The notes: generated from the letters alone by a model not told the origin. 62,573 nucleotides of DNA, filler included, from Rhabdomonas costata (GCA_019059605.1; 40 parts of 40 records of this genome joined end to end with filler, not necessarily neighbours in it), one strand, 5' to 3'; positions 24,230 through 36,750 are shown, counted from the first letter of the whole stretch. Numbers and translations are program-made.

Positions 24230-26089
24230 CGGAGCAGGAAACTAAGCACAGAGCCCGTTGCAAAAGCATTGGAGACACAATCATCATAATATTGTAACAA
24301 CCGAAAAAAAAAAGAAGTGCACTTTAAAATCAGGCTTTGTCGGACGCAGGAAGTCAAGGGGGTGGGGAAGCTGCTTTGTTCCTGGTGGTGTTTTTGCTTC
24401 CTTTTGGCCTGTTCTTCTGAGCCCTCTTCCTTTTGAGATGACGAGGGCCGCATAAGATCAGAACAGAAATTCCAGGACCCAGGAATCAACATCAATAGCT
24501 GGGGCGAAAACGAAAGGATCGGACAGCACAATGCCAAAAGACGAGTTAAGTTGCGGGAAAGGAAATGCGCTCAAGGTAGGTAGGGGGGTTCACTTCTTTC
24601 TTCTTCTTCCCCTCTCCTCCCCTGCCCTCACCCCGGAGCACAGTTCGAGGTTCATTTTCGAAGGGCATCATTTGTCAAACTAGAAAATGACGGTGCGCGA
24701 TGCTCTTCGCAGTGAGCTGCGCACGAGCACTTATGCACGCTTATGTGGTATGTGCGAAGGACATCGATTCTATTTCCAACTGTTCGCGCGTCCACCTCAT
24801 CTTTCATTTCAGAGAGTTAGAATGTTGAACTTTTGCACAGCCCTGAAAGGAGAGTGAGCCCGAATGAGCGAAACGATGTGTCGGTCCTGGAAGGGAAGGG
24901 AAGGGAAGTGGGTTCATGGTAACCACTCGTACCCCCCCACCCCCACCTCTTTGATCTTCAGCACGGGGACCCGTTNNNNNNNNNNNNNNNNNNNNNNNNN
25001 NNNNNNNNNNNNNNNNNNNTTAATTAATTAANNNNNNNNNNNNNNNNNNNNNNNNNNNNNNNNNNNNNNNNNNNNGTGGTGTGTTTCAATTTCCGGCACT
25101 TGTCTCTCCCCTTCCGGCGCCCACGTCTATGCATTGCTTTCGTTTTTGTTTGCGCTATTGGGTGCGGACATAGAAACCGCCTTGGGGGTTCCTCACCGTG
25201 CCCGTTTCTGGTGCAGTTAATTCGTTTTCCACTAAGCTCGCAGTGATTAATGGCCGGGGGTGCGACGAACCAAAGCCAGCTTTCAAAAAAAAAAAAAGGA
25301 GAAAAAACTAAGCCCCCGATAAAAAATCATGCCCAGAATGTCCTTTAAATGGGCTTATCAAGGGGTCAGAATGGGAGTGGGAGGGTAATTTTTGTCCGCT
25401 TGCGGATGACGACCCTGCTTATTTGGGGATTGATGCCTCCCATCTCCACAGAGTTCCCTTTTCCCTTCTGGTCGCTTTTTCCATTTTCGGGTGTGGGACT
25501 CCCTTTTTGCTTTTTGCCTCGGAGGTAAAGGCCTCGGTGTGCGGTTCTCTTTTTGAGGGAACAGTGCATTCGGTGGCCCCTGGGCGAGAATGGCCATGGA
25601 GCAGGTCAGCTCTGTTGCTTGCATCCTCCTGTGCTGCCTTTTTTTTCGGGTGGCTGCGGGGAACTTTTTGTGCACGCCGGTGTTTTTCCCACCAGGTATA
25701 ATTATCCCCGTGAAACAATAAAGTTGGTGTGGGGGGGGGGGGCTAAGCCGACCCCTTGCCCATTGTTGTCTCGGACGACCCCGCACCAATTTCCGCACTT
25801 CCCTCGACGCAACCCGGGGGCAAAAAGGGGGAGATGATCGGCGATGTCATCCGGGCGTACCCCGCTGGTCTTCCTTCCCCCGAAAGCACCACAGGCGTGA
25901 AGTGGGAGCTCCCCGCCGTCTCGGATGTCCCGCTGGAAGGCTGACCTCGGGGCTGGCGGCAAGCTGCGGAGGGGGCGCGCAGGGAGTAGGTGTAGGCAGA
26001 CTGCGCACCAGCCTGGCCAGCAGCTGAACCAGTCGAGCCACTGTGGAGGCCACCAGAAGGCGTGCTCCAGCTGGCAGAAGGGAAGCACA

Positions 26090-26468
26090 CGAGGAGCTCC
26101 TATTCAATGGCGCACTCCTTGTACCCACGTGGACCCTTCGGGATTGTGGAATCACTGGCAACATGACAATACAAGCACGGCATGGCCTTGGACGGCTTTG
26201 GACCCTCCGGGTGCCCCAGAACTCTCGACCTCAGCAGCGAGCCCCATCCCCACCCCTTTGCTTCCGCTTTTCGTGCGGCTGGTGGACGGCCGGTCCCTCG
26301 GTAGAGCTACCAGCTCCAGTCTGTGACCTGATGCAACTCGTCCAATCCCGCGAAGGAATTCCTGCAGAACAACAGCGCCTGCTCCACGGAGGACTTTGCC
26401 CGACTTGCCGCCTCATCGACGCCGGTCTAGTGGCAGGTTCAGAGGTGGCTTTGACGCTTCGAGGTGGC
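26090..26468 (+). pseudogene. Tandem ubiquitin-like domains, frameshifted
   Basis: LLFNGALLVPTWTLRDCGI (end of one Ubl), PLFVRLVDGRSL in a different frame, then VQSREGIPAEQQRLLHGG...LTLRGG. Confidence 0.65.
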
Positions 26469-27111
26469 AACGCCATGTCATGGGCACCAATTCCCTGCTC
26501 GGTCGACAGGCCGAGGCACCGCCTAGACTGGGTGAACGACACNNNNNNNNNNNNNNNNNNNNNNNNNNNNNNNNNNNNNNNNNNNNTTAATTAATTAANN
26601 NNNNNNNNNNNNNNNNNNNNNNNNNNNNNNNNNNNNNNNNNNGGGGTGTGGGGAAGAAGTAGGGGCCGCGTGCGCGGCTGTGGCAATGCACACACACCGC
26701 CCGACTCCACCGCTGCGGGCGCCGCTGTGGCTGAGCCCCCAGCCGCAGCTGCAAGTGTGGTCAGAGCAGGGCAGACTGAAGGGGTGCCGCTCATCCTCGA
26801 AGTGAGCAGCGAGGTCACTGTGAAGGAAAAGACGCACAGTCGCAGAATGGCAGCCCGAAGCCGTCAGTTTTTGGTTCGTGAGCGAGGTTATCGGAGTACC
26901 AAAGAGTCTGAGGCAAGCAATAAGAAGCACAGCAATGCAGGAGCAAGGCGCGCAATGAACAGAGTGGAGAAGACGGGGTGAGGGGTGGGGGTGACTTTCA
27001 AAACAAGTTGGAGTGCACATGCGCAGGCATAAGTGCATTCATGCCCCGCCCCCTACGCATTCAGAGTTGGTGTGTATGCGTGTGCGCGTTTGTGTGTGTT
27101 GGGTGCATTGA

Positions 27112-27278
27112 GCGCTGGCTGTTGCCTGGTTGACTGGTTGCTTCGTTGTTGGTGACCACTGCGGACTGACGGGCGAACGCGCTATTGGCCACGGGTGCTC
27201 GCGAGAGGTGCCGTTGGAGCGAACAGTGCCGTGGGGAACCGGAACCGGTTCGCGGAATGTTCGCCGAATGTGGTAACC
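27112..27278. repeat. Dispersed ~150-170 bp repeat, copy 1 (homologous to 60808-60958)
   Basis: Collinear shared blocks GACCACTG-GGAC, TTGGCCAC, GTGCTCGCGAGAGGTGC, GGAGCGAA, GTGCCGTGGGG, TGGTAACC. Confidence 0.85.
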
Positions 27279-27469
27279 TCCCTTCAGCCCGCCAGCTCTT
27301 TTCCAGCGGCTATCTGCATTATGTGCGCATATGTGTGTTTGATTTCAACCCTTGGTGCAGTAACTGGGTGCTGTCCTGTCCGCAGCAGAGTGCACCCAGT
27401 GAGTGGCTTACATTGACCCTTGACAAGTGCAAACGCGCACCTCGTGAAATTCTTGCAGCAATGGCACAC

Positions 27470-28054
27470 GTAGTACTTCTCCGCGCTGCTCAGCTCCAGA
27501 GCGGCCAGCACCTCGGGCATGGTCTGCTCGGGCTTCGCCGAAGGATCCAAAAGGGACTGTTGCGTAAGGAAAGCAACCCTTGCCCCACTCCGCAACCATT
27601 ACCAGCCTTGTGAATGTCCAGCGTGAAAGGTACTCCACATGGAACCGCCACACAAAAGAAAGGCAAAAAAGAAAGATGAGGGAGGCAGAAAAAAATGAGG
27701 GGAATTGGATGGGATGCTCGTACTAAGATAGCAATGGATGCGAAGGAGGTTGGCAGTGGCACTGGCGAGGTCACGAGGGTGTGGTACATGAGCTGAACAG
27801 TTGGGATTGGGGAGGTAGGTGCGGAACTGCGCCACCAGAGCGCTAACCGGGAAGCACACTTTGTATGTTCCTACATCGGGAGGGAACACCCCAGTGCATT
27901 TGTTTCCGCGTCCGTGTTCTGTGGGGTTTGGCCACACCTTGTCCTGAGAGACCTTCTCCAGACCCTCGCCGTACTTCGCCGGGTTGGCCACCTTCACGGT
28001 GGTCTTGTCGATCTCCTCCTGCAGCGCCGCAACTTCCGTCCTCAGGTTGCGCAC
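27470..28054 (-). CDS. Multi-exon unknown protein with a coiled-coil segment (boundaries approximate)
   Basis: GC3-rich exons VRNLRTEVAALQEEIDKTTVKVANPAKY (~28054-27938) and SLLDPSAKPEQTMPEVLAALEL (~27556-27470), each after a CAG. Confidence 0.45.
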
Positions 28055-30032
28055 CTGAAACCAGCAACCTAACCCATATAGACCAGAGGGTTGCAGGCCG
28101 TCAACGTTTCNNNNNNNNNNNNNNNNNNNNNNNNNNNNNNNNNNNNNNNNNNNNTTAATTAATTAANNNNNNNNNNNNNNNNNNNNNNNNNNNNNNNNNN
28201 NNNNNNNNNNGTGCTGTCCTGTGGTGCCTGCTTTTGGGATGGCAGTGAGAATCCCAAAGGAAACGGGCTGTGCTGCGGCTGAGGAGGAGGAGGCTGAGCC
28301 TGCCGTGGGGTTTCTAACGAAAACTCCCGTGGGGCCTGGGCAGCTGCGGCGGCGAATGCATACTCTAACAGTGGAGGAGTATTTGAGGAAAGCAGTTGCA
28401 CAGCAGTCACCGCGGAAGGTTCGCTGGGTGCCACCTGAAAGACATTCACAGAAAAGTAAGGAGTGCCAGCAGTCTGGGTGCTTAGATAAACTAAAATCAT
28501 TAGTATGTTCCCAAAAACATTGTCCGGTTGCTCAGGGGCATTGATTTCACAGGCTCATCCAATGGGCAACCCCAAGATCTTCCCCAATCACTGACTGGTG
28601 TTTGTTTACTCCACCATTCTCTTCTGTTCTGGGGGGTCTTGAGTCCTTTTTCGCCAGATAAAAAATATGCAGCCCTGCGGTCCACAGGGAGCAAATGGGA
28701 AAATGCTATGCTCCTTAAAGTCAAAGCCATAATCGCTCCTTTCTTTTTAAAAACACCACGTACAAGACATCACATGGAAACTTATTTGACAAGAAGCACC
28801 GATGGACTGCCGCCGAAGAAGTCTGTGAGGGAGTCCCCACTGCACCTTCGGGTTTCCCATCCAAGGGCGTAATCCCTGGGGGCGCACCGGCTGCTGCGCT
28901 TGCCGGATCTGCAGTTCCAGGGGACTCGGGCACGAAAAAGTGCACCTAATGCGAGCAAATGCGCGAGAAAACCACCAGCCAAAAGACCGCAAAAACAATG
29001 GAATAGGAACATTATCCCCTTTCTGGGGTGTGGTGTAAAAGTTTTGCGAGTTGGAACAAACACAGAATGAAATGGGGCCTTTCCGCAAAAGGAAAGGTGA
29101 TACGGGAGAATAGAACCGTGTCGAAAAGAAAAGTAGCACGTCGGGAATGGGGAGGAGGGAGTCCAGGTAAAGGAGTGTGTGGGCAGGCTTAGTAGGGTGA
29201 AAAGGCACGCACCGCAGCTGGAGAGGTTGGAAGGCTGCTCTCGGGTTCAGCAGGGCCCACTGTTCTCAGCCTCAGCAGAACGATCGAGGCCCACAATGTC
29301 CTCCTGAGTGCTGGCTTAAGTGCACCACTTCTCCAAACAGAACTGACTTGAAAAAGTAAATTTCCAAGCGAGACTGCTGGCGGCTTGGGTTGCTCAGTTG
29401 TCACGTTTTAGTCCATGGGGGGCGTGCACCCGCCCGAGGACGACCGGCGAATCCGGTGAACGGGACAGAACCCACGGCAGGGGGCTCATGCTGAACCCCT
29501 GGAACCGCGTCCGAACTTCCAGAAGGAAACGCTGAGCCCGTGATGGGACCCTGTTCCGGGGCAAAGTTAAAAGTGGCAGGACCAAATGTTCAGATTCTGG
29601 CGGTTAAGCAAAGCGACAGTTGTCCCGCTCTAATAGCAGGCCCGCTTTCCTCGCTTACTAAACCCCACTCTACACAANNNNNNNNNNNNNNNNNNNNNNN
29701 NNNNNNNNNNNNNNNNNNNNNTTAATTAATTAANNNNNNNNNNNNNNNNNNNNNNNNNNNNNNNNNNNNNNNNNNNNAAAAATTGAATAATCAATTTTTT
29801 TTTTTTGCATCGCTGTGGTTTCTGGCAATGCTGCGAACGTTGGGAATGAACAAAATACAAAACCTTTTTCAAAGCTGTCGTTTTTTTTTGAAAACAGTTT
29901 TTTTGCCGAACCTGGGACGAAGCCTTCCCAAAATACCTGTGGTTTTCCCCTCACATGTGGTTAGCGTGGATCAAAAGTCTGAGTCCAAGGAATTTTAACA
30001 CATCCCACTGCGCCCTCTTTCACTTTCTTCAG

Positions 30033-31052
30033 GGGAGAACCATATCGAGTTATTGGAGTACCTCAGGAAGGCAAACTCGAAATAGCTGTCAAAGAGTTGA
30101 AATTTCAGTGCTATCCTCCCGCGGTTCATACTGGCTCATGATTCCTTCTGAAGTGTGTGATTGCTTTTGAGTTTCCACACAACTTAGGGGACCCGTGCCC
30201 TGAGGAGCTGCGGAAGATGATGCTCACCATGATGATGAGTGTTCGGAAGGGCCCAGTGCTGAATGGCACAGCGGTCGCCCTGGGTCTTGGAACGGGGGAG
30301 CTGCTGGGATTGGTGGCGCACCCATCAACCGGAGAGCTCTTCTGGTCTGTCAGCAACAATGCCACAGGGTACAATAAGACCATGTGGCCAGCCACAGTGA
30401 CGAGGAACTGTGAGGGTTGCACGCCGACCGAGGAAGGGCTCTGGGCGGATGGAAATTGGAAATTCCGGTTCAATGAAAGCGTGACGGTCTCAGGACATTA
30501 TAATGCCTCTGAAAGAGTGTGTTGCTGCTGCTCTCCTGTGCGGTTTTTATTGTGGTTCAGTCCCATCGTCTGGGGCTCGTGTTTGGTTTGGTGTTCTGAG
30601 ATGCCTAGTAGGTATTTTTTGAGAAGTCGCTCGAATAGTTGTTCCACCCACAGGGGTTTCGTCCGCTCAAAATTTTGTTAACTGCGCAAGGGATGTTGCG
30701 AGTTTTGAGGCCTTTTCCTGCACGTGTTCTCATCAGGTTTGGTATCAGGATGCTCTTCATGACACCGTGGATGACAACCATGTTGCAGTCCTGGGGCAGA
30801 CCTTCGTTGGGGTAGTTCCCTCAACTGGGGGCTGGAAAACAGCTCTGGAAACACCTGTTGCTATCCCAGTTCGTCGGCAAGGCGTGGGTGCTGTGTTTGC
30901 TGTGGCAACAGCGTTTTTCGACCTTAGCCGCGTCGAGCACATGATGGAGACGGTGTGGGTGTTTCCGACATTTTTTTTAGTGCCGTTCTGATTATCATTA
31001 TTATCATCTTCAGGATCTATCCACGAGAACCTGGCTAGTGACCTGGAGTGAT
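30033..31052 (+). CDS. Cache-like extracellular sensor domain of a receptor, partial; exons 30033-30070, 30188-30516, 30737-30952, 31014-~31052
   Basis: Splicing yields YNASER|VWYQDA (Cache YDPRxRxWY signature), then a PAS-like strand pattern ending AVATAFFDLSRVE; several N-x-S/T sequons. Confidence 0.65.
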
Positions 31053-31360
31053 GTGACTCTTTCTGATGTAGTGAGGCTCCTAAATTCATGCATCACAATT
31101 CTCCTGCTTGTGTCAACACATTGTTCTTCCGCTGCGGCATTTGATTGCTTCGGTGGCTCTGTGGTGTCTGGTTTTCCCTACAACTTTCACTGCTCCGTGC
31201 ACTCCCGGACAAGTTTTCAGAATGGCGAGGAGAGGTGTTTTTGAGCNNNNNNNNNNNNNNNNNNNNNNNNNNNNNNNNNNNNNNNNNNNNTTAATTAATT
31301 AANNNNNNNNNNNNNNNNNNNNNNNNNNNNNNNNNNNNNNNNNNNNTTGTGTTATCGCAG

Positions 31361-31570
31361 GTCGAAGGTCCGGTTGAGGTGGAGGTTTCGTTTGTGCGGC
31401 CTACATTGCTCCCCATGGAAATCGAAGTCCTGGGCAGCAGCACGGATGAGGGCTTTGCCAGTGACGATGGGGGCGAGTCCACAGTGGTGGTGGCCTATGC
31501 TCTCCGCCATGCAAAGGACGGAAAGGAGCTCCTGCGGGGCGTGGTAAAGATTGGCAAGCAAAGCAGCTGA
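31361..31570 (+). CDS. MaoC-like hotdog-fold dehydratase, terminal exon
   Basis: EVEVSFVRPTLLP...YALRHAKDGKELLRG pattern; CAG acceptor and TGA stop. Confidence 0.6.
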   Translation, partial: VEGPVEVEVSFVRPTLLPMEIEVLGSSTDEGFASDDGGESTVVVAYALRHAKDGKELLRGVVKIGKQSS

Positions 31571-32371
31571 GGCACCTTTGGAAGCTTCGTCGTGCTTTGC
31601 GGCGCCCCTGGAACTTGAGTTGAAAAGCAACTTATGTTGCTGGTACCCCGCAGCTTAATCGATCCGTTTCAAATTCTCTCTGAAAGCTCAGTGTCAATGA
31701 ATCTCTGTTGAATACCTTTTAGCCCATGCCACTACCTTCCAAGTCTATGACTGTGCTCGACGCGCGCTCCGCGCTTTTTCTGGGGTTGTCGAGACGAAGC
31801 TGATAGTTGATAGCTGACGCAATTCAGTGTTCGCACTGTTAGTCGGCAACCGAGGGCCGAAACTTATGCGAATGCCCTATCATCCAGATGTGATGAAACC
31901 GGAGTACTGTGAACGCTTCTGGAAAGTTGTTCATTAGCGCACCACTTGTTCTTTGTTGTCAGGGAATAAAGTTCCCACCCTCCTATAAACACCGCTTCCC
32001 CGCCTCCCTCCTGACTCAGCATAACAACAATAATAAACTTTATCCGCAACCACCACTGCTTCTCTTGGGGAGGTGACTACTCTTCTGGGATAATACGGTT
32101 GCGACAGATCACCGGGCTGAGGAATGCAATTCAGGTGTCCACACTGTTATGTGCCAGGCAGAGTGTTTAGCTTGACGTGGCTTCTTTTAGTGTCCGTTCC
32201 CTGCGTCGTGGTGCTGATTGAAAGGACGGCACTATTCTACCTACTTGATATAAGTTATTGATGATAATTATCTGTTTTGGAAAAGGCTGCCGCCGACTTT
32301 TTTGTGTTGAGCCCCGATTCTCACTGTTCGCACCTTTACTCACACCTTTACGTCCGCGTGAGATTCATAAT

Positions 32372-32763
32372 ATGAGGGCAAGGCGTCGCAGGGATCCTCA
32401 CTCGGAGGGGCGCAAAGGGAAGCGAGGTTCTCGCAAGCCTTCCCATGACCCCAGCGAGGACCCCCAGGACTCAGAAAACCTGGGCTGTGCCAGCGCAGAG
32501 CGCGTGCCTGCCTCCTCTTCCTCTCCTGACCCCGAGGCGCCCGTGGTAGCGAGGTTCCAGTCCCCTTTCCGGAAGGACCCAGCCCATCCTTCATGCACGC
32601 AAAGGCTTTGCCCGGTTTGTCACAAGTGGTTCCTCTGTCAGCGTAAGTTTGTCAAGGCCCACAACCGCAGCAAGGCTCACCTCCGGGCCCTGAACTCCTT
32701 GAGCAAGGCAGAGCTCGACGAGCTTGAGGCACACAAGGACAACAGGAGAACCACTCAGGACAA
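32372..32763 (+). CDS. U1/matrin-type C2H2 zinc-finger protein, first exon
   Basis: Basic N-terminus, then CPVC-x13-H-x5-H (HNRSKAH). Confidence 0.6.
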
Positions 32764-32913
32764 GTGTGTCACTTCACATACCCTTTGCACGTTCTTACTG
32801 CTGCCCACACACCNNNNNNNNNNNNNNNNNNNNNNNNNNNNNNNNNNNNNNNNNNNNTTAATTAATTAANNNNNNNNNNNNNNNNNNNNNNNNNNNNNNN
32901 NNNNNNNNNNNNN

Positions 32914-33510
32914 TGTTGTGTGGTAGTGTGGTAGTGTTGGGCTGTCATGTGTGTTTGTGTTGGAGGTTGGGGCTGTCAAGATGTAGTTAGGTGTTTTTTT
33001 TGCTGTGGTAGTGGTGTGGTAGTGCATTGTGTGTGTGGTAGTGTTGTGTTAGGGCGTTGGGTGTTGGTGGTTGGGGCGTTGTGGTGGAGTATGGCATGTT
33101 GTGATGGGTTAATGTGTTGTGGTTGATGGTGTCATGGTGGCTGTCAGTGCTTCTTGTGTGGTTGTGTGGTTGTGTTGTGTTAGTGCTTCTAGTGTAGTAG
33201 TGTGCGTTGGTGTGTTAGTGGTGGTGTTGTGATACGGAGTGTCGGATGGTGTTTCATGCAGTGGGTTAGTGTTTTTGGAGGGCTGGTGGTGGTTGGTGTT
33301 AGTGTCTTGTTAGCGATTTGTGTGTTCATGTGTTAGTGTGTTCTTAGTGCTTGTGTGAGAGTGGATGTTGGTTCAGTATGTGGGTTCAGGGCTTTGTGGT
33401 GTTCGTGGTGTTGACACTGCTTGTTGAGTACATGTTGTGTGTTAGCGTTTCTGGGGCTGTCTGGTGGTATTTGGTAGAGTTGTGGTTGATGTTGACGTTG
33501 GAGGCATTGT
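32914..33510 (+). repeat. ~600-bp G/T-rich low-complexity tract
   Basis: Strongly depleted of A and C on the + strand; no fixed period. Confidence 0.9.
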
Positions 33511-35738
33511 TGGTAATCTAGAGCGTAAAGAGCAGGAGTATCAGCATGACTGTGAGTGAAGAATGCAGCAACTCAGCATGACTCAGAGGAAGAGAAGAGA
33601 ATAAGAAGAATACTCTCACGTTCCTACAGCTGGTGCCTTCTACTACGCATGGCCAGCTACGCACCCATGCTTCGTGATTCTATGCCTTCAAGTGAACCCG
33701 CAACTGAGGTCTTCCACTGTGGCTACGCCAGGTCGGAACATTCAGTAAGCACCTTATGGTGGTGGAGGGGTTGTAGAGAGACACGTATATGTGATGATGT
33801 TGGTTGTGAGAGAAACAGTGACAACGGTGAAGCTAACAATGAAGACATAGTAATAACATAGTCGCATGACAGCTCGTGACATCGATGCCATGCTCCATTT
33901 CTCTCTATCACGTTCTTCTTTCTGTCGTTAACATTCGCAATTGATACGCTCATGCTCATGTTCCCTCCTTCTTTGCAATAGTGTGTAGTCACTTCACTTG
34001 CTGCGCTCGTTACTTTCCTCCACTTTCTTTCGATCACGTAATGGTTCACAATCGCATCTCGTCACTGCGTTCCTCGATGCTCATGTTCACTCAGTGTCGC
34101 TTCGTCACATTCGCTGCGCTCATGTCACTCGCTCCGACGTCCTCACTCGCTGCGCTTCGTTTGTCATCTGCATCCTTTCTTCTGATCACGGTTCACATTC
34201 GACTCTCACTGCGTTCGTGTCTCCTGTTCATTGGTCTTCAATAGCTCAGTGCCTTCGCTTCTTCCTCCTTCTATACGTCGTCGGTTCGCTCCTCATCTTT
34301 CTTTGACGTTGATGGTTATAATTCGTTATCAGCGTGGCGGGGGCCGACTTCTAATGGTTTGGTGCTTAAGACAAAACAACNNNNNNNNNNNNNNNNNNNN
34401 NNNNNNNNNNNNNNNNNNNNNNNNTTAATTAATTAANNNNNNNNNNNNNNNNNNNNNNNNNNNNNNNNNNNNNNNNNNNNGGTGTGTGGTACAACGGTCC
34501 TTGGATTGGGAGGGGGCGAGTAATGGTTGCATGGCGAATAGTGTTATCAGTGGTTGCCGGAAAAATTTCCGTGAAGTGGTTTCCGTCCCTAAACTAATGT
34601 CATACCTCTCCTCGTCCAAGGTGCCACTCCTGAGCCATGAGATGTATGTGGTGATCAAGAGACGGATATTCAAGGTGGAAGGGCCACACCAGTCTTACCA
34701 AACCCGCCGTCTTGCGAGCAATGTCGTGGGTTGTTGCAGCAGAGTGGGACAGGTTAGGTTTAGGAAGCGGGGGGTGCTGCTGGCACGAACGTGATATGGG
34801 GGCGTGTGATAAAACACTGCGAAACATCGTCCACAAGTGAAGTTGTTACTATTCGATGGGTGACCGCTACCCAGGGTATCCCTACCCCCCGTTCCCAAAA
34901 ATGTGTTGGTGCGGCATTTATAATTGTGGATCACCGAATCTCTCTTCGGCTTAATGCAAAGCTCTCTTTGAAAAACGAAACCTACTCGCATTTTCAAACC
35001 TGATTTCGACTCCTCAAGAAGGGATTACTACTAGCAATGCATGGTGATCATGCATACGTGCGCAAGCCCAGAAATGCTCAGCCCAGTGGCTCCCTTTTTA
35101 TAAATGAGCTCTTTGGTTTGCAGGAAACACTCTCTCTGTGACCTCATGGGACGCTGCCTTCACTTCATGAATGATGGATGTTTTTCGGAATAAAGCGATT
35201 GGGACTGAAATCTTTGCTTTGTTCGGACACTGTTTTTATTTTTCTTGTTTATGCCTCACTTGGCTGCTATATTTTTCCTGGAGTTTGTGCTTCGGCATGT
35301 GGAGCTTTTGAGACGCTCCTTCCTGGCGAAGGAGTGAGGGGAGGACACAGGAGCATTGTAGAATATCTGGACATCTCGAGTCGTGTGGTTAGTGCGTCAC
35401 TTTTCCTTGTTACTCGCTTGTCACTGCTTGTCACTGCTTGTCACTCGGCGCCACTCTGCTTCAGTTGCTGTTGTGGTTTGGTGTTCCTCCAGTGGAGTCC
35501 CATGGGTAATCATGAGCAAAAGTGGTAATCATCTCACTGTCAAAGATGTTTCCTGGAGGTCTGCTGGGACTTAGGGGAGAAGAGGAGGGGGTGCTCTTTG
35601 AAAGTTTTTTGAAAATTCAGGTCCGTGATGCCTTAAGCGTAATTGAGGGGCTGCGCTTGCGTTTTTACTTTGAATGGCGTCGCAAAGTCGTCGAAACCCG
35701 CTACCCCAGACCATTCCCCTGTGTGTGCGCGTGCCTGC

Positions 35739-35940
35739 TGTTAAAATTATGCATTGCCCTTCTGGATAATGCTGTTTCGATCGTTTGCTCCGTCGGAATT
35801 GACCGCGAAATGGTAATTTGCCATCTGCCTATAATGATTGACGTGCTTTATTTTCCACACCGAAACGTGGTGGGACCTGTGAACGCGCAGAATAACGATC
35901 CAAACAGCATTATCCAGAAGGGCAATGCATAATTTTAACA
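35739..35940. repeat. Perfect inverted repeat, 39-bp arms (35739-35777 / 35902-35940), at contig end
   Basis: Exact reverse-complement arms, extended 7 bp inward after one mismatch. Confidence 0.95.
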
Positions 35941-36181
35941 ACACCCCNNNNNNNNNNNNNNNNNNNNNNNNNNNNNNNNNNNNNNNNNNNNTTAATTAAT
36001 TAANNNNNNNNNNNNNNNNNNNNNNNNNNNNNNNNNNNNNNNNNNNNGGGGGTGGTGGGGAGGAGAGAACCGAGATTTCCATTACCAAAGGATAGTCAAA
36101 TTATGGATCAATCAGGACCTTGCTCCATTTTTATACCGTACTTTTGGGAGTAGGGACAAGGAAGGGTTGTGATTGTTTCAG

Positions 36182-36750
36182 GCGATCGGCTCCACCAAGA
36201 GCGCCCCTCGGCCCGACTTTGTATTTGCGAACCCACGGAACAAGCACGGCGTTGCCGCGATGGAGTCTCGCAAGGCCACCCTTGGGGCTCAGCTTCTGGC
36301 AAGGAAAAACAAGGGCGTCCTGATGGACAAGAGAAGAGAAGAGAAAAGCCTGTCTGAGGTTAGGACCCTTCTCGGCTTTTCTTTGACCCCTTCCCCTGCA
36401 ACGCTTTCTGGAATGCGGATGCCAAGCTGATCACAAATGAAAGATAGGAGTATTTCGCATTCATTCTTTATATTGCCATATATTCTCGTGATGTTTTTTC
36501 AAGAGTCTGATTGGAGACCGGGGCGGGGGGTGCTGTAGGAAGACAAAGTTTGGGCAAGGCTAATGAAGCACCGGCAGGGCATGTCCGCCCGCAAGCGAGG
36601 CCTGTACGATCTTTCTGACGAGGCAGGGGAAGGGGAGCCCGAGGGAGTCCGTGAGGAGACCTCCCTGGGAGCAACTACCCGTCCCCCTGGCGAGCGCCCG
36701 CCAAACCAGAACGACCAGAAGCCGCAGCCCCACCGCAGGCTCACCAAGCA
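36182..36750 (+). CDS. NOP14: Nucleolar protein 14, N-terminal exons 36182-36358 and 36539-36750
   Basis: RKATLG..LL..KNKGVLMDKR..EKSLSE|EDKVWARLMKHRQ..K..YDLSD matches the Nop14 N-terminal pattern; phase-0 GT-AG intron. Confidence 0.72.

Noticed and set aside
24686-24712. Micro-exon MTVRDALR resembling the pyruvate dehydrogenase E1-beta N-terminus
   Set aside because: Only 8 residues, and the following candidate exons do not continue with the expected A(L/M)DEE.
27938-28054. Valyl-tRNA synthetase C-terminal coiled coil
   Set aside because: Generic coiled-coil similarity only; further downstream exons do not fit the end of ValRS.
30071-30177. Nonconventional (non-GT-AG) euglenid intron joining ELLEYLRK to HNLGDPC
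   Set aside because: A GC-AG intron 30071-30187 gives an open frame and matches the paralogue's phase-1 acceptor, so it is the simpler model.
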